A stretch of DNA of 53,257 nucleotides from Candidatus Heimdallarchaeota archaeon (GTDB lineage Archaea; Asgardarchaeota; Heimdallarchaeia; Heimdallarchaeales; Heimdallarchaeaceae): contig JAAFKI010000144.1 of assembly GCA_021399345.1 (NCBI GenBank), positions 1 to 53,257 on the forward strand. The letters are read 5' to 3'. Every line of letters starts with the position of its first letter. The stretch's first letter is position 1. Under the pieces are notes generated by a model, which was given only the letters and a program-made list of their open reading frames with translations, did not search any database and was not told the DNA's origin. Below, in pieces: positions 19,144 through 28,644 of the stretch. The translations under genes were made by a program, and so were the position numbers.

Positions 19144-20046
19144 ATGCCAGTAACTCAAAAAGATTTAATGATAAAACCAAAAGATGCGTTGTTGAAAGGT
19201 CATTTTGCCTGCGCAGGATGCGGTTCTGCACTAGCTTTCCGTCATGCAATAGGTTCAGTTGCAGATAAAGCAGTTTTAGTAGTACCAGCAAGTTGTGCAA
19301 GTGTTTATCAAGGATCAGGAAAGGGCGTTGCTTTTAATGTTCCTACAATAAACACAGCTTTTGCTGCAAGTGATGCAGTTGCTTCAGGAATATCTAGAGC
19401 ACTAAAAAAGAAGGGCAAAGATGACTTGAAAGTTATTGTCTGGGGCGGTGATGGTAGTGCTGCAGATATTGGTATCGCAACAGAGATTGGAGCTTGTGAT
19501 CGTCAAGAGAACATTCTTCATGTAATGTATTCAAACAATGTCTATGGTAATACAGGTGGTCAACGGAGTGGAGACACCATGATTGGAGCAAGAACAGCAA
19601 CAACTCCTAAAGGAAATACAACTCCTAGAAAAATGGTCCCCTTTATTATGATGGCGAATAATGCTCGTTATGTAGCTACAGCTAGTGCAGCATTTCTTGA
19701 AGACTTTGTAGAAAAATTCCAAAAAGCGCTTTCTTTTGAAGGTTTCAAATTTATTCAAATTGATATCAGTTGTCCTCCTAACTGGCGTGCTGAGTCTGCT
19801 CATTCTATCAAAATTTCTCGTTTAGGCGTTCAGACAGGTATTTGGCCTTTATTTGAGTGGGATCGTGAAACTAATACAGCTATACTCAGTCGTCCTGGGA
19901 AAAAATATGGTGACAAAGCGAACAGAAAACCTATTTCAGATTGGACTAGCTTGCAAGGAAGATTTAGAGGTATCACTGACGAAGAATTAATTGCACTTGA
20001 AAAAGACACTGAGAGACAATGGAACTTTCTTAGAAAATTCATGTAA
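19144..20046 (+). CDS. porB: Oxidoreductase beta subunit (TPP-binding)
   Basis: GHFACAGCG, GDG..DIG, NNVYGNTGGQRS, CP. Confidence 0.95.
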   Translation: MPVTQKDLMIKPKDALLKGHFACAGCGSALAFRHAIGSVADKAVLVVPASCASVYQGSGKGVAFNVPTINTAFAASDAVASGISRALKKKGKDDLKVIVWGGDGSAADIGIATEIGACDRQENILHVMYSNNVYGNTGGQRSGDTMIGARTATTPKGNTTPRKMVPFIMMANNARYVATASAAFLEDFVEKFQKALSFEGFKFIQIDISCPPNWRAESAHSIKISRLGVQTGIWPLFEWDRETNTAILSRPGKKYGDKANRKPISDWTSLQGRFRGITDEELIALEKDTERQWNFLRKFM

Positions 20047-20128
20047 TTATGTAAGACAGAATCTTTTCTTTCTTACTCCTCCATTACCCCCATCGATTGT
20101 TTTAATAACTCTGATTCAACTTTTTTTA

Positions 20129-20779
20129 ATGACCGACTTGACAGAGACGAATATGTTGGATGAGCTATACCAGTTGATATATGGATTCATAGAAAGTGCT
20201 ATTCAGCTGAAGAGATTACCGAGACAAGGATGGATTAGGGTTGGTGTTTCTCTTTCAGATGTCGAAAGCATCGCCGATCATGCTTATAATACAACCATGC
20301 TATCATTACTTCTTTGTGATCTTCATAACGCTCTTTATCCTGAAGAAACTCTTAATACAGAAGTTGTGATGAGAATTGCTATAATTCATGATTTACCTGA
20401 ATGCCAGTATCAAGATTTTGATAAACAAATAGAAATTCTTCTTGGCCAAGATAAATATCAGCAATTCAAAAGTCAATTGTTAACAACCGCAAGTACTGAA
20501 CTTCTCTCTTTAATCCTTAATGAAGAAGTCAAAAAACTGTGGAAAGAATCATTCGTTGAATTGCAAAACAAAGAATCGAAAGAAGCAATGTTTGTTTCAT
20601 ATATTGACAAGGTTGAATTACTGGTTCAAGCCATTTCTTATGAATCTCTTGGGTATCAATCATCACTTTTTGATAGTTTTTGGGAAACATCTAGCAAATA
20701 CCTCGAAAAATGTACTTTTGGGGTCATAAATGATCTTTTACCTATTTTAGAGGAAGAAAGAGCTCGATTAAGTGAGTAA
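20129..20779 (+). CDS. HD-domain 5'-deoxynucleotidase (YfbR/HDDC2 family)
   Basis: LKRLPRQGW, ESIADH, HDLPE, DKVE; start reassigned to MTDLT. Confidence 0.88.
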   Translation: MTDLTETNMLDELYQLIYGFIESAIQLKRLPRQGWIRVGVSLSDVESIADHAYNTTMLSLLLCDLHNALYPEETLNTEVVMRIAIIHDLPECQYQDFDKQIEILLGQDKYQQFKSQLLTTASTELLSLILNEEVKKLWKESFVELQNKESKEAMFVSYIDKVELLVQAISYESLGYQSSLFDSFWETSSKYLEKCTFGVINDLLPILEEERARLSE

Positions 20780-20932
20780 AACTTAAAATTCCCACTTTTA
20801 TTCTTAAATACTATAGGCACATATAGGACTATCAATCAATTTATTAAATGGAAAAGTTATAAGTTAGATTGGTTTGGTATCTGTTATTAGGGGATTCTTT
20901 ACACATAAGAATTGTAGATAGATGGTGACTAA

Positions 20933-22114
20933 ATGAGTGGCGCGGATAAGTACCAGGAATTGAAAATATCACCCTTTCATGTACCTTTTTTACGTGATTT
21001 AGGAATCAAAACTGTATCAATGGTACAGTTTGACATTATTTTTGGTCCTGTGTGTTATATCAAAGAATTGTCCCGATCTATTTTTGGTGAAAAATTGAAA
21101 GATGTTAGCTCCCTTGCTGAAATTTACACGGGTTTTGCGAGAACTAATGCAGATGTTATCACAAGCCTTGAAGAAAGAGTTGTTATAGGTCGTTATATCT
21201 CCATACAAGAAGAAGTTGAACAAATAGTTGTTTTGTTATTTGTTTGCGTCCCTACAGCAAATCTAGATAAGTTGGCTAAATATGCTAGGTCTCTTTCTGA
21301 AAGAACTCAGGGAAGACCACAATTATTTGATGATGCTTTAACCCAACTAATAGATGCGGAAAAATCTGCGGCTTATAAAATTCCATTATCCAAGAACGGC
21401 AACACAATGAAAGGATTGGTAATCAATGATAAGTCTGAAGTCACAGGGAATGAATTAAATAATTTCCATGGGTTTTTGTTTATTCCATATCATAAAGGAA
21501 CGATGGATGGACGCTTCTTCCCTAAGATGATAGATGGTAAAAAAATCGAATTTTCAAGTCTTTTCAAATTTATTGATATTCAGAAGAATGAAGCTGATCT
21601 CAGGGAAGGAGATTTAATTAGTCTTTACTACAAAGGTTTGGAACTTCTCGTTTACAGACATCTTAAAAAAGATGCCTTGATGGTAGGAGCAAAAAAACCT
21701 CAAAGCAAAATAAATTACTCCTATTTGGATGATTGGTTTACAATTCTGTTTAACTCTTACATAAATATTCCAGGAGAAAGTAAAGTAAAATCAACTTTAG
21801 AAGCAATTTCATATCTAGATAAAAATATCTCAAAACAGCCTAAGAAATTTATCATAACAGAAATTATGGATTCAATTATAAATTCTGAAGATGATTATCC
21901 TGAATTGTCTGAAACACCCAAAAATCTCCAAGAAAAAGGATCTATTACCCTTGATCAGAAATTCCAACTATTTTTAGAAAATCTATCTCTTCTTAAAGGA
22001 AATACTTCAATTCATTCAATAAGTCAAGATTTATCTGTACCTATATCTTCAGTAATAGAATTTATCATTTTCTTAAAATCTAGAGGTTTTGTTGACGTTT
22101 ACAGAAAAAAATGA
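20933..22114 (+). CDS. NPRL2/uDENN-like longin protein with C-terminal winged helix
   Basis: FDIIFGP motif near the N-terminus, a second longin-like unit, C-terminal DYP...GNTSIHSISQDLSVPISSVIEFIIFLKSRGFV. Confidence 0.65.
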   Translation: MSGADKYQELKISPFHVPFLRDLGIKTVSMVQFDIIFGPVCYIKELSRSIFGEKLKDVSSLAEIYTGFARTNADVITSLEERVVIGRYISIQEEVEQIVVLLFVCVPTANLDKLAKYARSLSERTQGRPQLFDDALTQLIDAEKSAAYKIPLSKNGNTMKGLVINDKSEVTGNELNNFHGFLFIPYHKGTMDGRFFPKMIDGKKIEFSSLFKFIDIQKNEADLREGDLISLYYKGLELLVYRHLKKDALMVGAKKPQSKINYSYLDDWFTILFNSYINIPGESKVKSTLEAISYLDKNISKQPKKFIITEIMDSIINSEDDYPELSETPKNLQEKGSITLDQKFQLFLENLSLLKGNTSIHSISQDLSVPISSVIEFIIFLKSRGFVDVYRKK

Positions 22115-22216
22115 TTATTGGATTTCTAAATATAACGATTGAGAGTAACGATAGAAATTAAAATACTTACTGCTTTTTAGTAGTATAAACAATCGAATTG
22201 TTAGGTTGGTGACCCA

Positions 22217-23218
22217 ATGAATAAATTCCCCCTTACATTTGAATCTTCTGAAGAAGAAGTATCTAAAAACGTTAATAATCTGCTTAAACTATCAGCATTC
22301 AAAGCTTCTGATATGCTTAAGGATATAGGTGTTTATGAAATTTTAAATCGTCCGAGATCGCCAGAAGAAATCTTTCACATGCTAAATTTCAATTCTTTAG
22401 ATGAAGAATTTGTTAAGGTTTTTGATTTATTAGCTAATCAAGAATTATTAACTAAACAAGGTGAATTCTATGGTGATAGTCCAAGAAGAGAATATTTGGA
22501 GCTAACTTTTAAAGATGATATTAAGGCACTAAATAACGGATTTCTTTCTCCATTCATCAGTTTCTTTGATAATTTGATTCAAAAATATAAAGAAATATTA
22601 AAAGGTGAATCGGGTAAACTCCCCGAAAAAGATCTTACACAAACTTTAGATTCCTTGCATAGTACAGAATTCTTCTTTTTATTAAGGGATTTATTTTTCA
22701 AAAGTCTTAAGCTTCGAATGCCTTTATTTGACATTAAGGAAGTAATACAAGTTTTGATTTGGGGAAATGGTTCTGGTTATAATTCGCTACATTTTGCAGA
22801 TTTCTTCGGAGAAAAGGTTAACATTCTTAGTGTCGAACCTACTAATTCGATTTACAGATGCAATGTCCTGCAAGATTTATATGAAATTTATAATGTCCAA
22901 TTTGTTGAAAGAGAAGAGCTTCAACTTTCTGAAATTAAAGATTCAATAGATCTCTTTCTCGGATCAAAATTCATATTCCAAAATGACTTAAAAGAATATA
23001 TTCAAACTCTACAAACAGTACTTAACCCTGAAGGATATTTCGCTTTCCAAATGATTCCTGAACTTTCCTTTGCTTTAGATTGGATATTAAGTATTTATGA
23101 ACCTTATTTCTTCAACTTGGAAAAAGATTCTCATATGGCAAAACTAAAACATCATGGAATTTCAAGAGAAAAATATATCGGATTGGATAATAGTTTTGTA
23201 TTAATGCGGAAAACGTAA
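22217..23218 (+). CDS. Divergent class I SAM-dependent methyltransferase-like protein with N-terminal wHTH
   Basis: VLIWGNGSG motif I, LSVE, IDLF, LNPEGYF. Confidence 0.65.
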   Translation: MNKFPLTFESSEEEVSKNVNNLLKLSAFKASDMLKDIGVYEILNRPRSPEEIFHMLNFNSLDEEFVKVFDLLANQELLTKQGEFYGDSPRREYLELTFKDDIKALNNGFLSPFISFFDNLIQKYKEILKGESGKLPEKDLTQTLDSLHSTEFFFLLRDLFFKSLKLRMPLFDIKEVIQVLIWGNGSGYNSLHFADFFGEKVNILSVEPTNSIYRCNVLQDLYEIYNVQFVEREELQLSEIKDSIDLFLGSKFIFQNDLKEYIQTLQTVLNPEGYFAFQMIPELSFALDWILSIYEPYFFNLEKDSHMAKLKHHGISREKYIGLDNSFVLMRKT

Positions 23219-23233
23219 AAAAAAAGAGAAGTA

Positions 23234-24373
23234 TTATTTTTTCTTCTCTATAGGAAGTTCAGATTTTTTAGCTAATTCAGGTACAATCTGTAAGAATGGC
23301 AGTATCGCATTGGCTATTGAAGAAAAAGCATCATCTTTGTTTCCAGTTATTATCATTTTGTCTATTTCCAAATTCTGATAAATTTCTGGAAGTTTTTCTA
23401 TTATCATTTCTTGGAATAAACGACCATCAGCTTTGGCTAGAGCTTCTATTCTCTTAAGAATACCTGCTGCTTCAGCCATTTTAGCTTCTAGAATAGCCGC
23501 AGCATCACCCCTTGCTCTGGATTCCATTTCAAATTGTTTAGCTTCTGCTAATTGCTTTATTTTTTGAGCGTCAGCTTTGGCCTCAATTTCTATTTTTGTT
23601 TGATAAGTTAGTGCTTCGACTTCTGTACGTTTCCTTTCTAATTCTTGAACTGCTATTTCCTTATCCTTTTCTTTTGATTCAACTTCTAAGCCGACTTCTT
23701 GCTGTTCGACGCCTACTTTTCTACTAACTTCTAAATCTCTGATTTTAGTAATTTCTTCCATTTCAGCGTTTTTCAATCGTGCAAGTTTTTCCTGCTCAAT
23801 CTTCATTATTGCGCTTACATTTGCTTTAAGACTTGGATCAATGATTTCAATATCCCTGATTTCACAGCTTTCTACAAGCATACCCCAATCTTTGGTCAAG
23901 GAATATAATTCCTTAGTAACTGCTTCAATAATTGCTTGTCTGTCTCGAATGATTTTTTCAAGAGCCATGTTCGCACATGTTGTTCGAATGATACTTTCTG
24001 CTGCATTTTTAATGATGTTTTCAATATAGGCATCAGCGGCTTTATCCCAAGAAGTTCTTGAGAAAGCTACCTCTGGATCAATTACTCGCCAGAAGACAAA
24101 GGCGGTAACTGAAATCTCTTGGAATTCTCTAGACAACACTTTTTCTTTAGCTTCTAAAAAGGTTGATTGTGTTGTAACTGGTACCACACGAACCTCATCT
24201 ATCAAAGGCATTGTTACAGCTTTCCCTCCAATTCCAGCTTTGATGACTTTACCGTTTCTGAAATGTATCATGTAAACATCTGAAGTAAATTTCCTATAAC
24301 GAGATGCATAAAATAATACGAATAATACTAAAACTATAGCTAATCCTACTGGTATCCATATCCACCATATCAT
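23234..24373 (-). CDS. Flotillin/SPFH domain membrane protein
   Basis: N-terminal TM, SPFH core (ESIIRTTCANMALE, WGMLVES), AEA-rich coiled coil. Confidence 0.92.
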   Translation of the reverse strand: MIWWIWIPVGLAIVLVLFVLFYASRYRKFTSDVYMIHFRNGKVIKAGIGGKAVTMPLIDEVRVVPVTTQSTFLEAKEKVLSREFQEISVTAFVFWRVIDPEVAFSRTSWDKAADAYIENIIKNAAESIIRTTCANMALEKIIRDRQAIIEAVTKELYSLTKDWGMLVESCEIRDIEIIDPSLKANVSAIMKIEQEKLARLKNAEMEEITKIRDLEVSRKVGVEQQEVGLEVESKEKDKEIAVQELERKRTEVEALTYQTKIEIEAKADAQKIKQLAEAKQFEMESRARGDAAAILEAKMAEAAGILKRIEALAKADGRLFQEMIIEKLPEIYQNLEIDKMIITGNKDDAFSSIANAILPFLQIVPELAKKSELPIEKKK

Positions 24374-24500
24374 TGTATTTTAACCCTCATTTCTTAGGTG
24401 TTAAATTTACTATCATGGGGGCTTTTTAATCTATCTAAATAAAGATTAAGTTTTTTTGCACTTGAAAAATTATCTCAAAAAAACAAAAAAGGGTAAGATT

Positions 24501-25223
24501 TCAAATGTTTTCTACCAAGTACACACCATTTTTTACTGCTATTATTCTAACCGTCTCTTCTCTCTCGAATCTCTTATAGAAATCAAAACTCTTAGCAGGT
24601 AATTTTTGTTCACCCATACCTTCCCCTAGATCTACGTGAATCATTCCACCTTTTGAATCAACTGGAACAAAAACCTTACCTATCTTTCCAATTAGTTGGA
24701 CACCACTGACAATTGGTTTAACTGTTGTTGCTGAAATTTTTTTCCAAATATGAGTTATTATTAAAGCAAGTAGATAGGGGGAAATAACAACTATTACGAT
24801 GCGGAAAATTCGTAAGCCTATACTTGAAGAAGGCATTCTCAGTGTTGATAGGCCTAGTATTCCAAACATTACAGAATAAGTAGACAAAATAAGAAGAATT
24901 GGTGCAGATGAATGAGTAACATCCTTTATCCCATCTGCATGAACCTCAGAGAGGTCTGAATCTACTTCATGGTCCAAAGACACATCGTGATCAATTGAAA
25001 CATCATGGTCTATAGACACATCGTGATCAATTGAAACATCATGGTCTATAGACACATCGTGATCTATAGAAATATCATGGTCCCCTAATCCTAGAGCATG
25101 TGAGAAGTTTTGAAAATTAAAAACAAATGATAGAAAAACAAAAATTCCTCCTGCAATTAATAGACCTACAGCAAGATAAAACAGAACATTTTCCAATCCT
25201 AATATGAAAGATTCAAATGTCAT
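24501..25223 (-). CDS. NfeD/YqiJ-like flotillin partner with His/Asp repeat
   Basis: Three TMs, C-terminal OB fold (LIGKIGKV...GGMIHV...VYLVE), directly upstream of flotillin. Confidence 0.85.
   Translation of the reverse strand: MTFESFILGLENVLFYLAVGLLIAGGIFVFLSFVFNFQNFSHALGLGDHDISIDHDVSIDHDVSIDHDVSIDHDVSIDHDVSLDHEVDSDLSEVHADGIKDVTHSSAPILLILSTYSVMFGILGLSTLRMPSSSIGLRIFRIVIVVISPYLLALIITHIWKKISATTVKPIVSGVQLIGKIGKVFVPVDSKGGMIHVDLGEGMGEQKLPAKSFDFYKRFEREETVRIIAVKNGVYLVENI
24969..25082. repeat. Coding 18-bp tandem repeat (HDVSID about x6) containing a perfect 36-bp duplication
   Basis: gacacatcgtgatcaattgaaacatcatggtctata at 24979-25014 and 25015-25050. Confidence 0.93.
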
Positions 25224-25438
25224 TCATCCCTACTCTTTATTCTTCAATCAAGAATCATTTATACTTGCAGTCTTAAAAACCTATAGAAATCAATTGGAAA
25301 ACAATTCTTATATTCCATAGCTGTATTGATTAATTGCTGATTGAGATGAAGAAAGATTCTGATTTTGAAATTTGCAGGAGAGAACTTATTGAATCAAGAA
25401 TTAATTTTGAATCTCACCAGATAAACCAAGAAGTAAGA

Positions 25439-26752
25439 ATGAATATCAGTCAAAAAATCAAATCAAAGATAGAAACCATTCAAGAAATATCTAGAAAATT
25501 GAACTGCTCTATAGGTATAGTTGGTGGTTTTGTAAGAGATTTGCTTCTTGAAAGACAATCTGAAGATGTTGATTTCCTAGTTTTCAGAGGCGATTTCCAT
25601 AAATTAACTCTAAAAATCGCGGAGACTATGGGAGCAAAGATAGGTAAGATGAGCAATAGAACCCTCACAACACAAGTTAGATTTCCCGATGAAGTAGTAT
25701 TCGAATTCAACTCAACTAGGAAAGAAAGGTATGAGTATCCTTCCCGAGTGCCTATAGTAGAAAAAGCATCTATTGTAGAGGATTTGCAGAGAAGAGATTT
25801 CACTATTAATGCTCTAATAATGTTTGAAGATTTTTATATAGATCTTTTTGATGGAACAGCTGATTTGCAAAATCAACTTATACAAACAACTCGAGAACCT
25901 GATATTGTTTTTCATGAAGACTATCTGAGAATTTTTAGAGCAATAAGAATTGCCTGCAAGCTTGGTTTTACACTTAGTTCTGAGATCAAAAAAGGAATAA
26001 GGAAAAATGCAACAAATTTGTTGGACGTTCCTAAAGAAAGAATCCTCCAGGAATTAAAATTGTCCTTCAGTTATGCTCCAAGCAGAGCTTATAGGCTGAT
26101 TAGGGACTTGAAGATACTGGAAGTTCTGTTTCCTGAAGTGAAAAATATTGAATTGAACTCTCAAATTTTTAGTACAAAAGATACATGGACGAAAATTGAA
26201 GAGAAAATAAAATTTCTAGAGTTCAAAGGTTCTGTAAATGTTAATCTCTTCATCGCCATGATTTTAGTAGAAATAACATCTGAAAAATCTTCAGAAAAGG
26301 AAGACAGAGATTTAGTTCAGATTGCAAATGAAATCCTTCAAAAGTATAAATTTTCAAACAGAGAAAGAACAGAAATAACAGCTTACATTAGTTTCCGTAA
26401 TTCTCTGATAGATATAATAGACGATCCTCCACAAGACTTTGAAATTAGAAAGATGCTAAGAGAACAAAGTGATTTGATTGATAACGTTATATTACTGACT
26501 AAAGCAGAATTATCTACTAGAACCGAAAATTTAGATTTTGATTCTCTCTTAGATCATATTGCTATTTTGAGGGATAGAAAGGATTTGATATTCTTTGAAC
26601 CTGAACTAAATGGTCATGAAATAAGAAAGATTTTCAACGTCAAAGGTGAAAAAATAGGTTCTATAAAATCAAACCTCATTGAGGCAATAATGAAAGAAGA
26701 AATTAAGAATAAGAGAGAAGATTGCATTTCATATATTGAAAAAAACATGTGA
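25439..26752 (+). CDS. cca: Class II (bacterial/eukaryotic-type) tRNA nucleotidyltransferase, CCA-adding family
   Basis: GGFVRD..DVDF, RKERY..SRVP, DLQRRDFTINA, EDYLRIFRAIR, ERI..EL; start uncertain (25334-25439). Confidence 0.88.
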   Translation: MNISQKIKSKIETIQEISRKLNCSIGIVGGFVRDLLLERQSEDVDFLVFRGDFHKLTLKIAETMGAKIGKMSNRTLTTQVRFPDEVVFEFNSTRKERYEYPSRVPIVEKASIVEDLQRRDFTINALIMFEDFYIDLFDGTADLQNQLIQTTREPDIVFHEDYLRIFRAIRIACKLGFTLSSEIKKGIRKNATNLLDVPKERILQELKLSFSYAPSRAYRLIRDLKILEVLFPEVKNIELNSQIFSTKDTWTKIEEKIKFLEFKGSVNVNLFIAMILVEITSEKSSEKEDRDLVQIANEILQKYKFSNRERTEITAYISFRNSLIDIIDDPPQDFEIRKMLREQSDLIDNVILLTKAELSTRTENLDFDSLLDHIAILRDRKDLIFFEPELNGHEIRKIFNVKGEKIGSIKSNLIEAIMKEEIKNKREDCISYIEKNM

Positions 26753-26887
26753 TTTAGAATTGTAGTTATTCCTAACTAGTTTCTCGAAGTTAATAGAATA
26801 TTTGTGATTTACAAAATAGAGCTAAATTAATAAGGATGTAAACTAAATCATCAACGAAAATTCTGGATCTATAGTGTGATTTGAGTT

Positions 26888-28633
26888 ATGATGAAGACTT
26901 CAAAGTATTTACTAAGCATTTGCGCTATCTTACTACTATGTGGTTCTGTGTTTAACGTTTTTTCTTCTATTTCACCTGAGATCACATCTGATATAGGCCT
27001 TCTAGGTAAAGAAGAAATTGCAGATTTTACCTTTGACTATATCACAGTTCAAGAAATTATAATTTCTTCCAACGAAGATTTAGTTAGTTTTGCTTCAGAA
27101 GGGACAGGTACTGAAATAAGCCCCTATATCATAAAAGACTATGAAATAAATGGACAAGGAGTAAATTATGCAATATTCATAACCAATGTATCAAAGCATT
27201 TTACAATTGAACATTGCAGAATAGTTTCAACTTATGGAATTGTAATTCAAAACATTAACGGGATTACTATAAGTATTTCAAACAATTTGATTGCACAATT
27301 TGATACTTTCTATCCTGTTGAAATGCTGACAGGAATACAAATAACCAATTGTGATAATATTACAATTTCTGAAAACATTATAGAGTCCTATTTTCGAGGT
27401 ATTGATCTGAATTATGCAACCAGTGTATTTGTTTCCAATAACTCGATTCTTGGAAGAGATGGCCTCAATGTTTTGGGGGTAAAATTTTCAGGTATCAGAC
27501 TTCGGCAGACAATCAACTGTACGATTTTAGACAATGGGTTTGACAAAGGCGGAATTGAAATTTCATCCAATTATGACAAGATTCATACTCTAATGATTGA
27601 CAATAACACTGTAGCCGGTTTAAAACTAGGATACATTAAAAACCAAACTAATTTAGTTATTGACAATCAAGAATATGGCCAAATTATCATTTTTGATTGC
27701 ATTAATATCACTGTTCAAAATCAAGTCATGCTGAAAACTTTCTATGGAATATCATGTTTCTATAGCTCTAATTGTACCTTTTCAAAGAATCAGATTAAAT
27801 CTGGTTCAGTAGGAATAATAGAAACTTACAGCTATAATTCTACAATAACAGATAACTTTCTTGAAGAGAATATTTATGGTATAATGTTATCTTATAGTTT
27901 ATTTTCAAAAATAGGTAATAACAGAATACTAAATTCCTCAATTCATGGAATTTGGTCCCATTATTCTTCCAATATCACTGTTGATGAAAACAATGTTACA
28001 TATACAAATGAAGCAAGTGGAATCTATGACTCAGGTAGTAATAATACCTATAAGAATAACATATGCAATTTTAATAATTTTCACGGTCTTTATCTCTACT
28101 ATGTGGATAATGCTAAAATTATCGGTAACGAGTTCAAATATAATGGGGATAGTGTTCTTTTTGCGGGAACAACTAATCTTGAAATTTCTAGTAATTCAAT
28201 CTGTTATAACAAAAAAAATGGTGGAATCGAGGTGATTAATGGAGTAATAGGAATTATTCGAAACAATCTAATTTTAGAAAACAAGGGTTATGGTGCCAAT
28301 CTAAAAACTGGTACAAAACATTTTGTAGTTAGTGGAAATAGTTTCATCAATAATGAGATTCCATATTTAGGTACAAGTCAAGCAGAAGATTCAGGAACTA
28401 ATAATTATTGGTACAATCCTGAGACAAACATAGGAAACTACTGGTTAGATAAAGGAAATAAAAAGAAATATGCAATTGATGGTGATGCAAATAGTTTTGA
28501 TTTATATCCATTAAAGAATCCTATTGTTCTGCCAGATGAGGATTATCCACTAAAAACCTCAATTTCCTTTATCCTATTCATCTTTTCACTTCTCATTGTA
28601 TACGGAGTATGGAAAAGGAAAAAGAGAGGTTAA
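26888..28633 (+). CDS. Surface protein with right-handed parallel beta-helix (NosD-like) repeats
   Basis: Signal peptide, GTGTEISPYII, N/I-rich PbH1 repeats, GNYW..DLYPL, C-terminal TM plus basic tail. Confidence 0.87.
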   Translation: MMKTSKYLLSICAILLLCGSVFNVFSSISPEITSDIGLLGKEEIADFTFDYITVQEIIISSNEDLVSFASEGTGTEISPYIIKDYEINGQGVNYAIFITNVSKHFTIEHCRIVSTYGIVIQNINGITISISNNLIAQFDTFYPVEMLTGIQITNCDNITISENIIESYFRGIDLNYATSVFVSNNSILGRDGLNVLGVKFSGIRLRQTINCTILDNGFDKGGIEISSNYDKIHTLMIDNNTVAGLKLGYIKNQTNLVIDNQEYGQIIIFDCINITVQNQVMLKTFYGISCFYSSNCTFSKNQIKSGSVGIIETYSYNSTITDNFLEENIYGIMLSYSLFSKIGNNRILNSSIHGIWSHYSSNITVDENNVTYTNEASGIYDSGSNNTYKNNICNFNNFHGLYLYYVDNAKIIGNEFKYNGDSVLFAGTTNLEISSNSICYNKKNGGIEVINGVIGIIRNNLILENKGYGANLKTGTKHFVVSGNSFINNEIPYLGTSQAEDSGTNNYWYNPETNIGNYWLDKGNKKKYAIDGDANSFDLYPLKNPIVLPDEDYPLKTSISFILFIFSLLIVYGVWKRKKRG

Positions 28634-28644
28634 GCAAAACTATA

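Noticed and set aside
19991-20128. N-terminal extension of the HD protein
   Set aside because: Overlaps the end of porB and a pyrimidine-rich terminator-like tract; not HD-like
24969-25082. CRISPR-like array
   Set aside because: Contiguous in-frame coding repeat with no unique spacers and no cas genes
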